The notes beneath the pieces were generated by a model. That model was not told the DNA's origin. It ran no database searches and saw only the letters and a program-made list of their open reading frames with translations. Positions 1 to 13,313 of a stretch of 64,000 nt of DNA are shown piece after piece; position 1 is the first letter of the stretch; each line of letters starts with the position of its first letter. A program made the translations under genes and the position numbers. Source of the DNA: the human T2T-CHM13v2.0 reference genome, Homo sapiens; NCBI RefSeq assembly GCF_009914755.1, contig NC_060942.1; one strand, given 5' to 3'.

Positions 1-222
1 GCTTCTCTAGCTTCTTTCTTCTCCTGCCACAGTGACCGTGGAAACATCCTGCTGAGATGGAGAAACTGTGACTCGCTCTGTCTGCATCCCTGAGCTTTCA
101 CCTGGAAAAGGCACTGACCTTGTGTGTGAGTAAAAAATAAATGTCTGTTTTGTTATACCACCAAGATTTGAGGGTTTGGTTATTTGTTATAGCACTGTAC
201 ACTATTTTACCCTGACTAATAT
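1..222 (+). mobile_element. MLT1-type (MaLR) LTR, 3' part
   Basis: Ends with the typical MLT1 3' terminus: AATAAA, then ...gagggtttggttatttgttatagca...ccctgactaatata. Confidence 0.7.
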
Positions 223-1229
223 ATTTTAAAGTATGCTTATATTAAAAACGAAGTGATATATAGAGACTTGGCAGAATGACTAATGAAGAGTTGCCAGTTG
301 TTCTAATTTTGTCAACGATCAGCTTACTTTCAATGCATTAAGTGCTCTAAGCACAGGAAATATATCCCTGATGATAGTATATGTTGGATATAGTGTATTT
401 ACTTATTGAATATTTATTTAGAATATGCTGGAGATTTTATAGAAAAGTGAACATGAAATAATGATACTTCAGATTTTGTAAATGCTGAAGAGTGTAATTT
501 TAATTCTACTCATTAAAGTTACCTCTCTTGTAAGTGTGGCTAAATTATATACCTTCTGCTTCTGGACATCACTTGGCCCAAATATCCCATCTTTTTTTCC
601 AGATTTCAGCATAATATAACTCTGATGATTCTCTTTAGAATTGTACATTTGGGGATAGGCCTGCTATGAATGTCACAAGTAAATTCTCTAATAAAATAAT
701 AAGCACTTACACTATAGGAATAATCTGCTTGGTTGAGAATCATTAGTGCCTACCAATCTGCAATTATTATTTTCACTTAATTAGAGGACCTTAATGAATG
801 CAAAATGTGTACTTTCCAAAGTATAAATGTAAAAACCTTTTTCTTATGCTTCAGGTCGAAGTCTGCAGACTTTCATTTTGGAGATATATTTCACTCTGAA
901 TAGTGAATCAGAGTGGGGTGAAACATCTGGCTTATAAAATGTTTCAAACCTCAAACCACTTTAGATACTTGGAAATCATCTTCTCCACACATTTATTATA
1001 AAACAGGAAGAGACCCAGAAAAAATGCCACTCTGTTTTGAAGATGGAAAGTAAGTGTCATTGATGTAAAATTCTTGGATTTCTTTTGTGTAGTTGTAGAC
1101 TGTGATTGCCAGTATATGGTCCACAAAGTTGTTGGTCATTTTGTAAATTTAAAATTTGCCAGTTAGGCCTAAAAATCATCTCCCACATGTGATGGCAAGC
1201 CTAGAGGTGGTCGGCCCATGCTTGCCCCT

Positions 1230-1480
1230 TTTGTCTCTCTGCTCAGCCAGCTTAGTCTGTGCTGTCCACCCCCATGCTGATCACCAAATGGTCACTCTGT
1301 GGTGCTCCAGTTCCACCTCTCAGCTGTGTTCCAGGCAGGAAGAAAGACAAGAGCAAAACTGCATTCAGTAGAGCATGCCCACTTTGAGAGAGAGCTCGTG
1401 CAGAAGCTGGCCAGGGCAGCATCTTGCCTCTTCTTTACATTAGATCACTGGCTCCCAGCAGCAGCACCAGCTACAGAGCC
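1230..1480 (-). mobile_element. Probable old MLT1 (J/K-like) LTR fragment
   Basis: Diverged match to antisense MLT1 motifs (gctccagttccacctc...ttccaggcaggaagaa; cattagatcactggc). Boundaries approximate. Confidence 0.4.
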
Positions 1481-3383
1481 TCTTGCTCCCTTCCTTCCTT
1501 GTTCTCCTCTGTCTCTATGTGTATGTGTGTGCATACATATTTATAGACACACACACATACACACAAAATACTATATTATGTCATATAGTTTTCTGAATGT
1601 GTTGGTACCCTGAATGATATATGTTGGTAGGAAAAGAGGAAAGTGTAGACATTTATGGGCAGCCGACTTTACCAGTTGGGCCTAGACTACCTAAAGATTA
1701 TCAGTACAATTTATGCTCCAAGAAAGTAGTGTGCATATCTTCGTTACTGTAGTTCAAACACCTAGGAGAATACCTGGCTTATAGTTGGTACTAAGGACAT
1801 ATTTTCGAAGAAAGAAAGAGTCAGGGAATGCATACTTGTTTTAGGAAAGAGTGCTTTCAGCTTCTAACAAAGCCTAATTCCCTTTTCCTTCATTGTTCCT
1901 CTATTTCTTCGAACCAAACATATTGTATTGATCGACGATGGATGGTGACTATGAGTTTCTGCTTTCACTGGAGGTGGGGTGGGAGGTACACATCCAAACA
2001 TGCTTAGCCTCCCTGGGTGGGTGGATCTGCGGATGAATGTTTCCATATCAAAATCTGAACTGACTACTTTCCCTTTGTAGTTTAAATTATTTCAACCACA
2101 GAGAGGAGCTGAATATTAAGTTAACTGTGTTCATCTGCCAGAAAAATTAAATATCAGTGTAGAAAATAATCTTAGCCTTCACTTAAACTGCCTTAACAGT
2201 TTTAAAAAGGCACTTAAATGTAGCAATCATATGTTTTGGTTTACCTGGAAGTTTCTGTTTGTTGCTTTTGAAGTAGCTTAATTATTCCTGTCTGAAGAGT
2301 CCTGGTTGGTGTGGTATTCAATGCTCATGCTACTCCAAGAGGGCCTGCTGATATTTACAGAGTCACAAAAGTCACCCATGATCTTTGACACTTGGTTTAA
2401 TGATCTTCCCTCTATATTGTACTGGCAGTCTGCGTGCTTCCCTAAATGACTGTGCATGAAAATCATATTCAATTTTTTTTATTTTAATTGCTTGGGGGAC
2501 ACTTCCATAAAAATCTGGCTCAGTGTCTGGCTGGGGCATTTCCAGCAAGAACCCTGAGTGATTCTGGTGCAGGTGATACTGAGATCACAAACTGAATAAC
2601 ACTAAAATAAATGAAACGGGGCTTAAATTTTACAGCTCATGGAAGAGCTCATGAAAATTCTTAACAAGTAGAAACCTAGATGAAAATTTACTGCATGAAG
2701 CTAAAGACAAGTGTTTTCCTGATTAAAAAATCAAAAGCACAACATTTAAGTAAGAAGTATCCTGCTAATTCTCACCATGATAGTGCACATGCCTAATCTA
2801 CTACATTGAAACATACATTTTATAAACTCTATGCCACTTGCATGGATAATTGATGTAATCGAATTGCACTGGAATTGGAATTTTCACTGCAGAATACCAG
2901 CTGTGGCTGCTGTCCAGGGGAGAACCCTGCTCCAAGTGCTCAACATTGGCTGCTGTAGTTCATGGAATATTTAATTGTCTGCTGAAAAATGAATTGCAAT
3001 TAGCATTAACCAGCTTTTAAATATTTGCTTGCATTACAGTTTTTCCTTTTTATTTTGATGAAAAAGAAAAAAAATTAGAATGCTAAAGAATACAGAAGGC
3101 TTGGTTTATTTGAGAGTAATACAGACATGTTGTCCAGAACCATGCTAGTTGCTTTATTTTCTCTAATTTTTCAGACTAATGCCATGGGAGATACCCTCTC
3201 CATTATATTAAATAGAAAACTGAAACTCAGGCAGATAAAATAATAAATCCAAGTCCCCATTGAAAGTAAGAATTGAAAACCAAGACTATCTATGGCAAAA
3301 TGTGATCTTCTCAACACTTACAGTGTCTTTATATCTTTGACTTCTCTTTTTCTGTCTCTCTTTATAGATTTATAACCTATTTC

Positions 3384-3593
3384 TCCATCCATCCATCCAT
3401 CCATCCATCCATCCATCCATCCATCCATCCATCCATTTATCCATCCATCCATCCATCCATCCATCCATCCATCCATCCATCCATCCATTTATCCATCCAT
3501 CCATTTTTCCATCCATCCATCCATCCATCCATCTATCCATCCATCCACCCATACATCCATCCATCCATCCATCCAACTATCCATCCATCCCAT
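3384..3593. repeat. (CCAT)n/(ATGG)n tetranucleotide microsatellite, ~210 bp, interrupted
   Basis: Directly visible; it produces the spurious MDGW-repeat ORF 3370-3576. Confidence 0.98.
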
Positions 3594-4181
3594 TGCATGT
3601 TGTTTCCTATCTACATTCCTAACTCTGCCTATCATACAATTATTTGGCATTATCCTTTAATTGGCAATAGGGTTGCCAGCAGGTGTCCTGAAATTTTCCT
3701 ATGCCAAAAGTTCTATTCTGTAAAGAGTAATAGACTTTTAAGGTGAGAAGGTTATTTTGAAGACTGATAAATATCTTTTCTGTTGTATGTGAGGAAATTT
3801 AGGCCCAGGGAAATTAAGCAACTTATTTACACTGGCATATTAAGTTATTGGCAGAGATTAAATATAATTAAGTCTTTTGACTCATAATTTATTTTTCCAC
3901 CTGGAACTTTAGGTTAAAGGCTACTAGTTAAATATTGAATAAGCTCAAATATAACATTTCCAGGTAACCAAAAAAGGGAGAAAAAATCTATTCATAGAGT
4001 CGATTTGTTTTATAAGTTAATGCAAGGATTTTAAAAATCACATGGACTTACAAATTCCAGGATAAATACCTTCCTTTCTAGAGACTGACACTGCTGTGTA
4101 GAACACAAGGCAGCATTTCTGAATGAAATTGGCCTATTTATAAGGTTTGCCTCCAGTAGATTCTGCTAAACCTATGGTGTC

Positions 4182-4338
4182 AGCCAGATGCAGTGACTCA
4201 TGCCTATAATCCCAGTACTTCAGGAGGCCGAGGAGGGAGGATCACTTGAACCCAGGAGTTGAAGATCAGCCTGGACAACATAAAGACACTTCTCTACAAA
4301 ATAACAATAAAAATAATAATTTTAAAAGTAAGTAAAAT
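4182..4338 (+). mobile_element. Free left Alu monomer (FLAM_C / AluJ left arm) with A-rich tail
   Basis: agccagatgcagtgactcatgcctataatcccag...gatcacttgaacccaggagtt...tctctacaaaataa; degenerate TSD aaacctatggtgtc / aaaccatggtttc. Confidence 0.85.
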
Positions 4339-5209
4339 AAAACCATGGTTTCTCTAGTGTTAGATTTGGATAAACCAACCCAAATAATATCTAGCAGTTC
4401 TTAGAGCTGTAACAATAGACTAACCATTGGTGTATCATAGACCATTCTTAAAATTTTCAAATGTCAGTACTGAATGGCATGGAACAGGAATAATATTTAT
4501 CAGAGTATCTACTAGTGCCAGTCAACATGAAAATGCTTACATGTAATATTAATGCCAATCCTTACAACCATTTTCTAATTAAACAGATATCTTAGTAATT
4601 ATAGAAATATTTTGTTACTTATTTTAAATTAGTGTTGTCATTTTACCAATTTTTAAACTAAGATTAAGAAGTGTTAACTTCCTTAAGCTCACATAAAGAG
4701 GATTACATGAAATACATTACCTGAAGAAAAATGTATTTCATTCTTGTATGAATCACAATATAGTAGAATATGGTAGAAAACATACTTATCACACAAAACA
4801 GCATGTTTGAAAAAAATAAATGTAATGGTTCAGGTTGCAGTTAATAATTGACTTAGACTAGTTTCACAGATAGTAAAATAGTTACGTTAACAATTTTAAA
4901 AGGATGGGTATGTTTTTGTTTCTTCCAGAAAATACTTCTCTGTGATTAAAATATTCAACTATATTCAAAATTCAAATATTTACCAAACTTCTAAAATATC
5001 CCACTGTGTTTAGCAATATAATAACTGCTGTGGGTTTTAAAAAAGAATCATGACTTAGGACTTTAATTAAGTTTGAAAAATCAGTGGAATCATCCATACT
5101 AATTTTTTTTACTCTTAAAAACTTTCAGAAAACTGACTTTATATCACCATATTTTAAACAACATCTTTTAGTGAAAGCATGTCTCATTCAGTGATCTAAA
5201 GCAAAGTGC

Positions 5210-5330
5210 ATATAGATGAGGTGTGGAGGCAGATTGCCTGGGTTCAGATCCCAGTTCCGCCACTATTAGTACCTACCTTTGGGGTTTGTTGACATTAAGT
5301 GAGTTTAATCATGAAAAGCACTTAACATTT
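5210..5330 (+). mobile_element. MIR fragment
   Basis: ggaggcagattgcctgggttcagatcccagttccgccactattag matches the MIR core. Confidence 0.6.
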
Positions 5331-5966
5331 TGCATAAGAAATTGGCTAGCGTGTAAATATGAAACAAGTAGTAGTAATTATTAGTCAACAAAAACTTTAT
5401 AATTGCAAGTTCTGAGGACTTTTTTTGGTGGAAAAGGGAGATTTTAATAAGTAAGGATGGTAAGGAAAATGTCCCATTTATTCTTGTGGTAATGTGTAAT
5501 CTTTTCCTAATTAAAATGAGTGTTTATCATCAGACACCAACTTGACAGACAAACCACAGAGTAACAGGAAAACAGCTGAGTGATGTAGGAAAGTTAACTT
5601 GCCCCTCTGCCTGGAAACAAATACAACATTGGACATCAGAGAGTGCCAGAGAGACCATCTTCCCATCTCAGGATAGGCACCTAACCCAAGAAATAGTTTA
5701 CTATTCTAGACAGAGAATCTATCACCTCCCCCGACAACTTACTCCAACATTTAATCCCCTGACTGTGGGAGTCAAAAATTCAATTTAGAAACAAAAATTT
5801 AATTTAACTCTAGAAAGAGAATTTCACATTTTTGCCTGAAACGCTTAGCAATTGTGAGATCAATGTTTTATGAAGGCAGGATTGTAATTTATAATTTCAT
5901 AATTATAATTTATAATTTCAACAAAGTAGGATTAAAGTAGGGTGGTATTATCAATATTTAACGTAG

Positions 5967-6314
<348 letters not shown>

Positions 6315-7881
6315 GCAATATTTATCTTGTATCTACTATACATCAAGAGCTATGGTGCCCTGTTTATACCTTGTCTAATTCTCTGGAGGCTATAAATGTT
6401 GTCATTTCTTTATTTTTAACTCTCCTAGTGATTAACTCCATAATTAGTAATATACCAGTGTTTGTTAAATTATGAAATTTAGATGTCATATAATGTTTAC
6501 CAGCATAAAATATAAAAATTTAACTCAGTTTACTGATGAAAAGATACAGTCCTCACTTCTCAGATGACAAGGCACTGGGTATTATTTGATATTTACACAT
6601 TTTACATTTTAATTGACTTTATAGTTATAAATTGATTTTATAATTTGAATATAAAATTTTATCCACTTTTTTTTAAAGAATTAAAGTGATTTGTAATATG
6701 TCTCCCTGTCCTATGAAAATAAACAATATTCTGTGGACTCAAAAGCCATTTGTAAATATCTGAACAATTTTGTTTCCTGTCTCAATGCATTTGTAATTTC
6801 ACAAGTACATATTTGCACTATCCACATCACTTCTGCTTTTTTCGTTGTTGGATTATAGTCAATACTTTCTTCGCAAAGCTCTTCGAATTCCTATAAACTT
6901 TTCCTTTTTTTTTTTTTTTTTTGCGGGGGCGGGTGGAAGGATGAAGAGGTATTGCAACTCTATTGTCTGATTTGCTCAATGTAAAAATAAACTATCCATC
7001 TCACAGTAAAATTATATGATTGGTCTTTTTTGCCTTAGTTTTTTGTTTTAAAGTTATAGATGCCTACAATCTCTTTTTCACTATTTTTGAGCAATTTTCT
7101 TAAAAAATTCAACAACATTTGTTAGCTCCCTAAGTTTGACAATGTGCTCCGGGTCAGTGGCTGCAAAATGCTGGTCTCTAAATCAGTACTAGCCTGGGTT
7201 TGCAGGGTTATGGGGTACTGTAACAAAAATGTACATTTCCTATCACCACACATAACGTTCATATTCAGCATGTCTACAGTGGGGACATGGTGCAGTATTG
7301 CTACTATAGATTTAATGAGGGTAATAACTGCAATTTATAAAAGTAAAAATCAAGAAGGGTTTCTGGTAGAAGGCAGCCATCTTCCTTCCTCAGTCCTATG
7401 CACACCTTACCTTAATCACTAGGGACCACAATTATTACGGTTATTTCAGTTTTTTTTCCCCTCTCCTAGTAATTAATTTCATGATTATTAATAATATATT
7501 TATATCACTCTACTAAAATTGCTAACTTAAAATTTCACCTGTTGACTTGCAATCATGAAATACTTATGAGATATTATTTGATAGGAGAATGACTTTACCT
7601 CCTGGTAATAATGCTCCTTATTTATTATGGAAATCCACTTGTAACCATTTTTTTTTTTCCATATGGTTGGAATCGTATTTCCTCTAACCCGAGCTCCAGG
7701 AAACTACAACAACTATTAATACATTTTTGTGGCATGATTCAAGACTCCAGCCTGAGAATGGAGTGAACTCTGGAAAGCAGAGGAGTAGTATAGAAAGAAA
7801 ATAGCCTGTTGTGATACAATTTGAGCCAAAAAATCATCTCTCAGTAACCTGAAATTCCACTTCAGACTTTGTTTATGAGCC

Positions 7882-8322
7882 CTTAAGTTGAAACAGACCC
7901 AAAAATCCCATTGACTGTTCTTTTGGATAAACATAGAAATTGATCTTTCTGATCTTAAAGCTTGAAGCCTACATTTGTTTTATGTGAGTTTCTTCCTCAG
8001 GAAAGGACCTTCAGCCCTCTCAAAAATGTATCAAATAACTGAAACTCATCAGATTACCACAACCAGACAATGAGATGTGGACCCCTCCATCATGATTGCT
8101 TCCATGCCCCTCCCTTGTTCCTTTTTTCTTATACATTGTTACATGTCTTCATTGCTATATAAACCCCTGGTTTTAGTCAGAGAGATGGATTTGAGACTCA
8201 GTTCCCGTCTCCTCAGCTGCAGCACCCGATTTTAAAGCCTTCCTTGGCAATACTTGTCATCTCAGTAATTGGCTTTCTGTCCAGCGAGCAGCAGGACCTA
8301 GACACTGGTGTTTCAGTTAACA
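7882..8322 (+). mobile_element. ERV1-class solo LTR (subfamily not assigned)
   Basis: TATA-like gctatataaacccc, poly(A)-signal-like ttaaagcc, U5-like end ...gcagcaggacctagac...gtttcagttaaca; resembles MER4-group LTRs. 5' boundary approximate. Confidence 0.7.
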
Positions 8323-8393
8323 ACGTTATATTTATTTTTCAGTTTGAATTGTCTTTCTGAATTAGTTATAAGGTGGTTGAATTGAATGACTGA

Positions 8394-8594
<201 letters not shown>

Positions 8595-8659
8595 GCAGAT
8601 CAATGGAAACCTAGGAATATGGTTAGAGGGGATATGCTGGGGGGTAAGATAGAAAGATT

Positions 8660-8807
8660 ATAAAGAGTTTAGGAAGAAACTTTTGGTAGTGATTTAAATC
8701 TTCTTAACTTGATTGTGCTTATGGATTGATGTCTGCATACATGTATCAAAATGCACCTGAAATATGTGCTTTATTGTATGTTAATCATATCAATAAAGCA
8801 GTTAAAT
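8660..8807 (+). mobile_element. Old L1M 3' end fragment
   Basis: gaaacttttggtagtgat...cttgattgtg...tatgtgctttattgtatgttaatcatatcaataaagc is a typical L1MC/ME 3' UTR end. Confidence 0.65.
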
Positions 8808-9610
8808 AACACACTAATTTGAAATTTTCCCATTTCTACCTTAACTTGAAAAGTAATCTGGAAATATTATACCTCCAAAGTGATAGAGACATGTTTAGTA
8901 AGTCACATTTAGGTTAGAGTTTTACATTTTTATTAGAAAATATTAATAACTTTTTAAATTTAATTCTTTGCGATTGATAGGATTTTTAAATTTGACATCT
9001 CATGTCAAAGTATTTGGCCTTGTATACTCATATTATGATGTAATGAAATAAGATTATGTGGACTTTCACACTGTAAATGGGATTTGGGCAATTGGTAATC
9101 TAAACTACATGAATTTTATTTCTCTCTTTGGTATTAATTTAATATTGAGTCTTGTTGAAACTTTAAGAAGAAAGAATTGTGTATGGAATTGGGTGGGTTC
9201 TTGGTCTCACTGACTTCAAGAATGAAGCCGTGGACCCTCGCGGTGAGTGTTATAGTTCTTAAAGGTGGCGTATCCGGGGTTTGTTTCTTCTGACATTCGG
9301 ATGTATTTGGAGTTTCTTCCTTCTGGTGGGTTCGTGGTCTCGCTGGCTCAGGAGTGAAGCTGCAGATCTTCGCGGTGAGTGTTACAGCTCTTAAGGGGGC
9401 GCATCCAGAGTTGTTCGTTCCTCCCGGTGCATTCATGGTCTCGCTGGCTTCAGGAGGGAAGCTGCAGACTTTTATGAGAGTGTTACAGCTCATAAAGGCA
9501 GTGTGGACCCAAAGAGTGAGCAGCAATAAGAGTTACTGCAAAGAGTTAAAGAACAAAGCTTCCCCTCTGTGGAAGGGGACCAGGGTTGCCAGTGCTGGTT
9601 GGGGCAGCCT

Positions 9611-9900
9611 GCTTTTATTCTCTTATCCGGCCCCACCCACATCCTGCTGATTGGTCCATTTTACAGAGAGCCCATTGGTCTGTTTTACAGAGAGCTGATT
9701 GGTCTGTTTTGACAGACAGCTGATTGGTGTGTTTACAATCCCTGAGCTAGACACAAAAGTTCTCCACCTCCCCACTAGATTAGCTAGATACAGAGTGTGG
9801 ATTGGTGTATTTACAAACCCTGAGCTAGACACAGAGTGCTGATGGGTGCATTTACAAACCTTGAGCTAGATACAGAGTGCCGATTGGTGTATTCACAATC
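9611..9900 (-). promoter_or_regulatory. LTR12 promoter/enhancer module: CCAAT (NF-Y) repeats, GATA site, AATAAAA TATA-like box
   Basis: Six intact ATTGG (CCAAT on minus) between ~9650 and ~9890 plus one mutated; GATAAG at 9622-9627 and GAATAAAAGC at 9611-9620 on minus. This is the known ERV9 LTR layout; activity cannot be shown from sequence. Confidence 0.65.
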
Positions 9901-10120
9901 CTTCAGCTAGACACAAAGATTCTCCAACTCCCCACCAGACTCAGGAGCCCAGCTGGCTTCACGCAGTAGATCCTGCACCGGGGCTGCAGGGGGAGCTGCC
10001 TGGCAGTCCTGCGCCCTGCGCCCGCACTCAGCCCTTGGGCAGTCAATGGTACTTGGTGTGGTGGAGCAGGGAGCGGCGCTCCTCTGGGAGGCTCTGGCTG
10101 CGCAGGAGCCCATGGTGGCA

Positions 10121-10208
10121 GAGGGGAGGGGCGGCGGGGGGCGGGGCGGGGCGGCGGGGGGCGGGGGCGGGGCGGCGGGGGGCGGGGGCGGTGGGCGGGG
10201 CGCGCGGG
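10121..10208 (+). repeat. G/C minisatellite (3 x ~20-21 nt GGGGCGGCGGGGGGCGGGG(G)C) inside LTR12; G-quadruplex and GC-box rich
   Basis: Directly visible tandem units at 10128-10189. Confidence 0.9.
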
Positions 10209-11990
10209 AAGACTCAGGAATGGCGGGCTGCAGGTTCTAAGTCCTGCCCCGAGGGGAGGCAGCTAAGGCCCTGCAAGAAATCCAGTACAGCAGCTGCTGG
10301 CCCAGGTGCTAAGCCCCTCACTTCCTGGGGCTTGTCCGCCGGCCGGCAGCTCTGAGTGCGGGCCCGCGGAGCCCACGCCCACGAAGAACTCGCGTTGGCC
10401 CGCAAGCGCCGCGCAGCCCTGGTTCCCGCCCGCGCCTCTCCCTCCACACCTCCCCGCAAGCTGAGGGAGCCAGCTCCGGCCTTGGCCACCCCAGAAAGGG
10501 GCTCCCACGGTGCAGCGGCGGGCTGAAGGGCTCCTCAAGTGTGGCCAGAGTGGGCTCCAAGGCCGAGGAGGCGCCCAGAGCGAGCGAGGGCTGGAGGGCT
10601 GCCAGCAGGCTGTCACCTCTCAGAATGAACTTTTATTAAGAGACTTGGCCATCAACCTGGCTTCCATACTGTAAGTAATCATTGATACAATCTTTTGCCT
10701 GCATGTCATTCTTAAGGCTTTTATAACTCTCGCCGAGTTAATGCTGAAAAAAGTAGGCTACACATTGACATCAATGTGAGTCGCACACTCAAGACTAAAT
10801 CCTTAGGTGTTATTTTTATTTTAATGCCCCTAGTTCTATTGCCTAAAACCAATAGAAAATATAAATTTTGCCCTGTGCTACTCTTATTAGTCCTTTATTC
10901 TCCTTAAAAGGTAACATTTATTCCTTCATTTCCTGCTGTATTTGTTCTTTGAAATTCATGTTAATTTTTCTGATCCACGTCGAGATGCCTTATATTCATA
11001 AACTTGAATTTTACTCCTCACGTATTCAAACACTAAGAACAAGTTGTCATCATAAAAATATTATTTTGCCTTTTTTCTGAGTTATTTTTGTTTACCATTT
11101 TTAATTTATGCATCTTTATTTTTCTAAGCCCCTGTTTTTATTGCTGGCTCATCCCATTCAATACCACCACCTTACAATGTCTCTTTATTTTCACAGTGTG
11201 ATATGCAAAACATGAATGCATGACAGATGTTGTAAATTTGCCTAATTTGATTTGGGGAAAGAAATTGGGTCATTTATCTTAGTAAATTCAAAACATGATT
11301 TCAGTTAATTTTTTTTTTCTGTAAACATTAAACACTGAGACAAGCCCTGATGCCCTAGCTTTTTAAAATTTTCCCTGTGACTCCACTACTGCATGATGAG
11401 AGGGGTTCTCTGTGTTCAACAGTGCTGTTCACATTATTAGTAGAGAGGTTTATAAATTATAAAGTCTTCATGATATCTAACAATCACAGGGACTGTTGGC
11501 AGTAACTTATGAGGTGCACTCATTTTCTTTTACAAGATGGCACTGTTTCCATTTATTACTTGATGAATTGCTTAAAATCCATCATAGTTTATAATTATTC
11601 ATTCGTTCATTAATTTCTTTTTCTTAATTCAATATTGATTTGAGTGAGGAGGATGTTGATGTGGCATTAAACAAGCAGCTATGTTCAAATCTTCTGAAAG
11701 ACCATCCGTACCTAGAGAATACCTATTTGGAACTAAATCCCTCACCAAAAGCCTATTAAAGCCTTCATACATTTTTATAAATTTCACAAATAGTAGCCAA
11801 GATCAGAAATAAGTGTCATAAATGATTGGAAGATACAGGTCTGAGTGTGAAGTCTTTATAATTGGTCATGGTTTTAGATGCATGATGACCCCAAGGAGAT
11901 ATCATAACCTTGGGTGAGACTGCTTCCCAATTAATTCCCAGAAAAGGGGCGATGTGTAAGAGGTCAGATCCAATGCTCCAGGATAATGGG

Positions 11991-12917
11991 TGTCAACAAA
12001 TAGGAGGCAACTCTGTAAAATATTTGAAGAGATTTATTCTGAGCCAAATGTGAGGACCATAACCCATGACGCGGCCCCAGGAAGTCTTGAGAACATGTAC
12101 TCAAGGTGGTTGGGTTACATTTAGGAGGGCAGAAGTTATAGGTAGAGACATAAATCAATAAATGTATGGTATACATTGATTCAGCCTGGAAAGGCAGGGC
12201 TTTTTAAAGTGAAAGGTGGCAGGTGAGGGGAGAGGGTTGGGGAGACATCCAGGTTACAGGTGGATTCAAAAATTTCCTGATAATTTGTTGAAGGGGTTAA
12301 GCTCTTCCTGAAGAGCTGAAGTCAGCAGAAAGAAATGTTTGTAGTTAAGTGGGAGGGAGAGGGGATTTAGAGGCCAAGGTTCTTATGTAGATGAAGCCTC
12401 CAGGTAGCAGGCTTCAGAAGAATAGATGGTAGATGGTAAAGGTCTTTTATCAGACTCTAAAGGGTGCCAGACTTTTAGTTAAATCTCTCCTGGAATGGGA
12501 AGAGACCTGGAAGGGGAAGGGGATTTTCTACAGAAGAAAGATTTTCCTCAAGAGACAACTTTGCAGGTGCCATTTCAAATTTTGTTCAAAGAAATATATT
12601 TCAGGGTAAAATACTTTGATTAATTTCAGGGACTTCTATCTGTCATGTGATGGTATACCAGAGTCAGGTTGGACTGTGATGTCTTATTGCTGTAAAAAGC
12701 CTGTTCTGTCAATGTTAAGATTTCTGTTTTAATGCTAATGCTGATCAGTTGTGTCTGAATTCCAAAGGGAGGAGAGTATAATGAGGCATGTCTGACCACC
12801 CCCTTTTCCATCATAGCCTGACTAGTTTTTCAAGTTTTCTTTGAAATGACCTTGGCCAAGAGAAGGGGTCCGTTCAGTCAGTTGGTGGGGGACTTAGAAC
12901 TTTATTTTTGTCGTACG
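11991..12917 (-). mobile_element. MER4-family (MER4D-like) solo LTR
   Basis: tgtcaacaaa...ctctgtaaaatatttgaagagatttattctgagccaaatgtgaggacc at one end and ...gggacttagaactttatttttg at the other match the reverse complement of MER4 ends; ~930 bp. Confidence 0.85.
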
Positions 12918-13313
12918 TGGAGAAATAAGGTTCTAAGTTCTGGTTGGGGGAATCTGGGTAGTGTATGAATGACAGTTGTCAACCAGTGTGGCCTCTCTTA
13001 TCCTTGGTGCTTACCTGGAATATTTTGTCTTTGTTGCACATACATAATTTGGAGGATTTATAACTGGTCCTGTGTAATTCTTGAACTGTTCACTAGTTGA
13101 GAGTTAGTGAAAAACAATCTTATGCTTTGTGTATTAATGCCATTAGAATATTTAGTAGACAGTTATCTCATAATGAACTTGAAAGGCGAGAAACTAATCA
13201 AAAGATATTAGCTAAAGCCTTTATTAAAACATTGCAACATGAAACACATTTCAAGATGACTATGGGGACCAAGTAGATAAATATTTCATAAGATAGAATT
13301 GGGAAAGGCCACA

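Larger units (their letters stand above)
9178..10622 (-). mobile_element. Solo LTR12 (LTR12C-like; ERV9 LTR), full length ~1.45 kb
   Basis: On the minus strand it starts TGAGAGGTGACAGC and ends ...GAACCCACCCAATTCCATACACA; perfect 4-bp TSD GAAT (9174-9177 / 10623-10626); CCAAT repeats and a CpG-rich U3. Confidence 0.97.

Noticed and set aside
855-1055. Possible exon between an acceptor-like ttcttatgcttcag and a donor-like aa/gtaagt
   Set aside because: The frame I translated hits a stop, no partner exons are evident, and such motifs occur by chance; needs RNA evidence.
3370-3576. 68-aa MDGW-repeat ORF
   Set aside because: Translation of the (ATGG)n microsatellite.
9640-9910. Regularly spaced ~41-bp repeats resembling a CRISPR array
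   Set aside because: These are the tandem CCAAT enhancer repeats of the ERV9 LTR; no unique spacers, no cas genes, eukaryotic DNA.
9907-10616. Overlapping GC-rich and Gly/Ala-rich ORFs
   Set aside because: All lie in the LTR12 U3; stop codons are rare because of GC content and there is no recognisable protein similarity.
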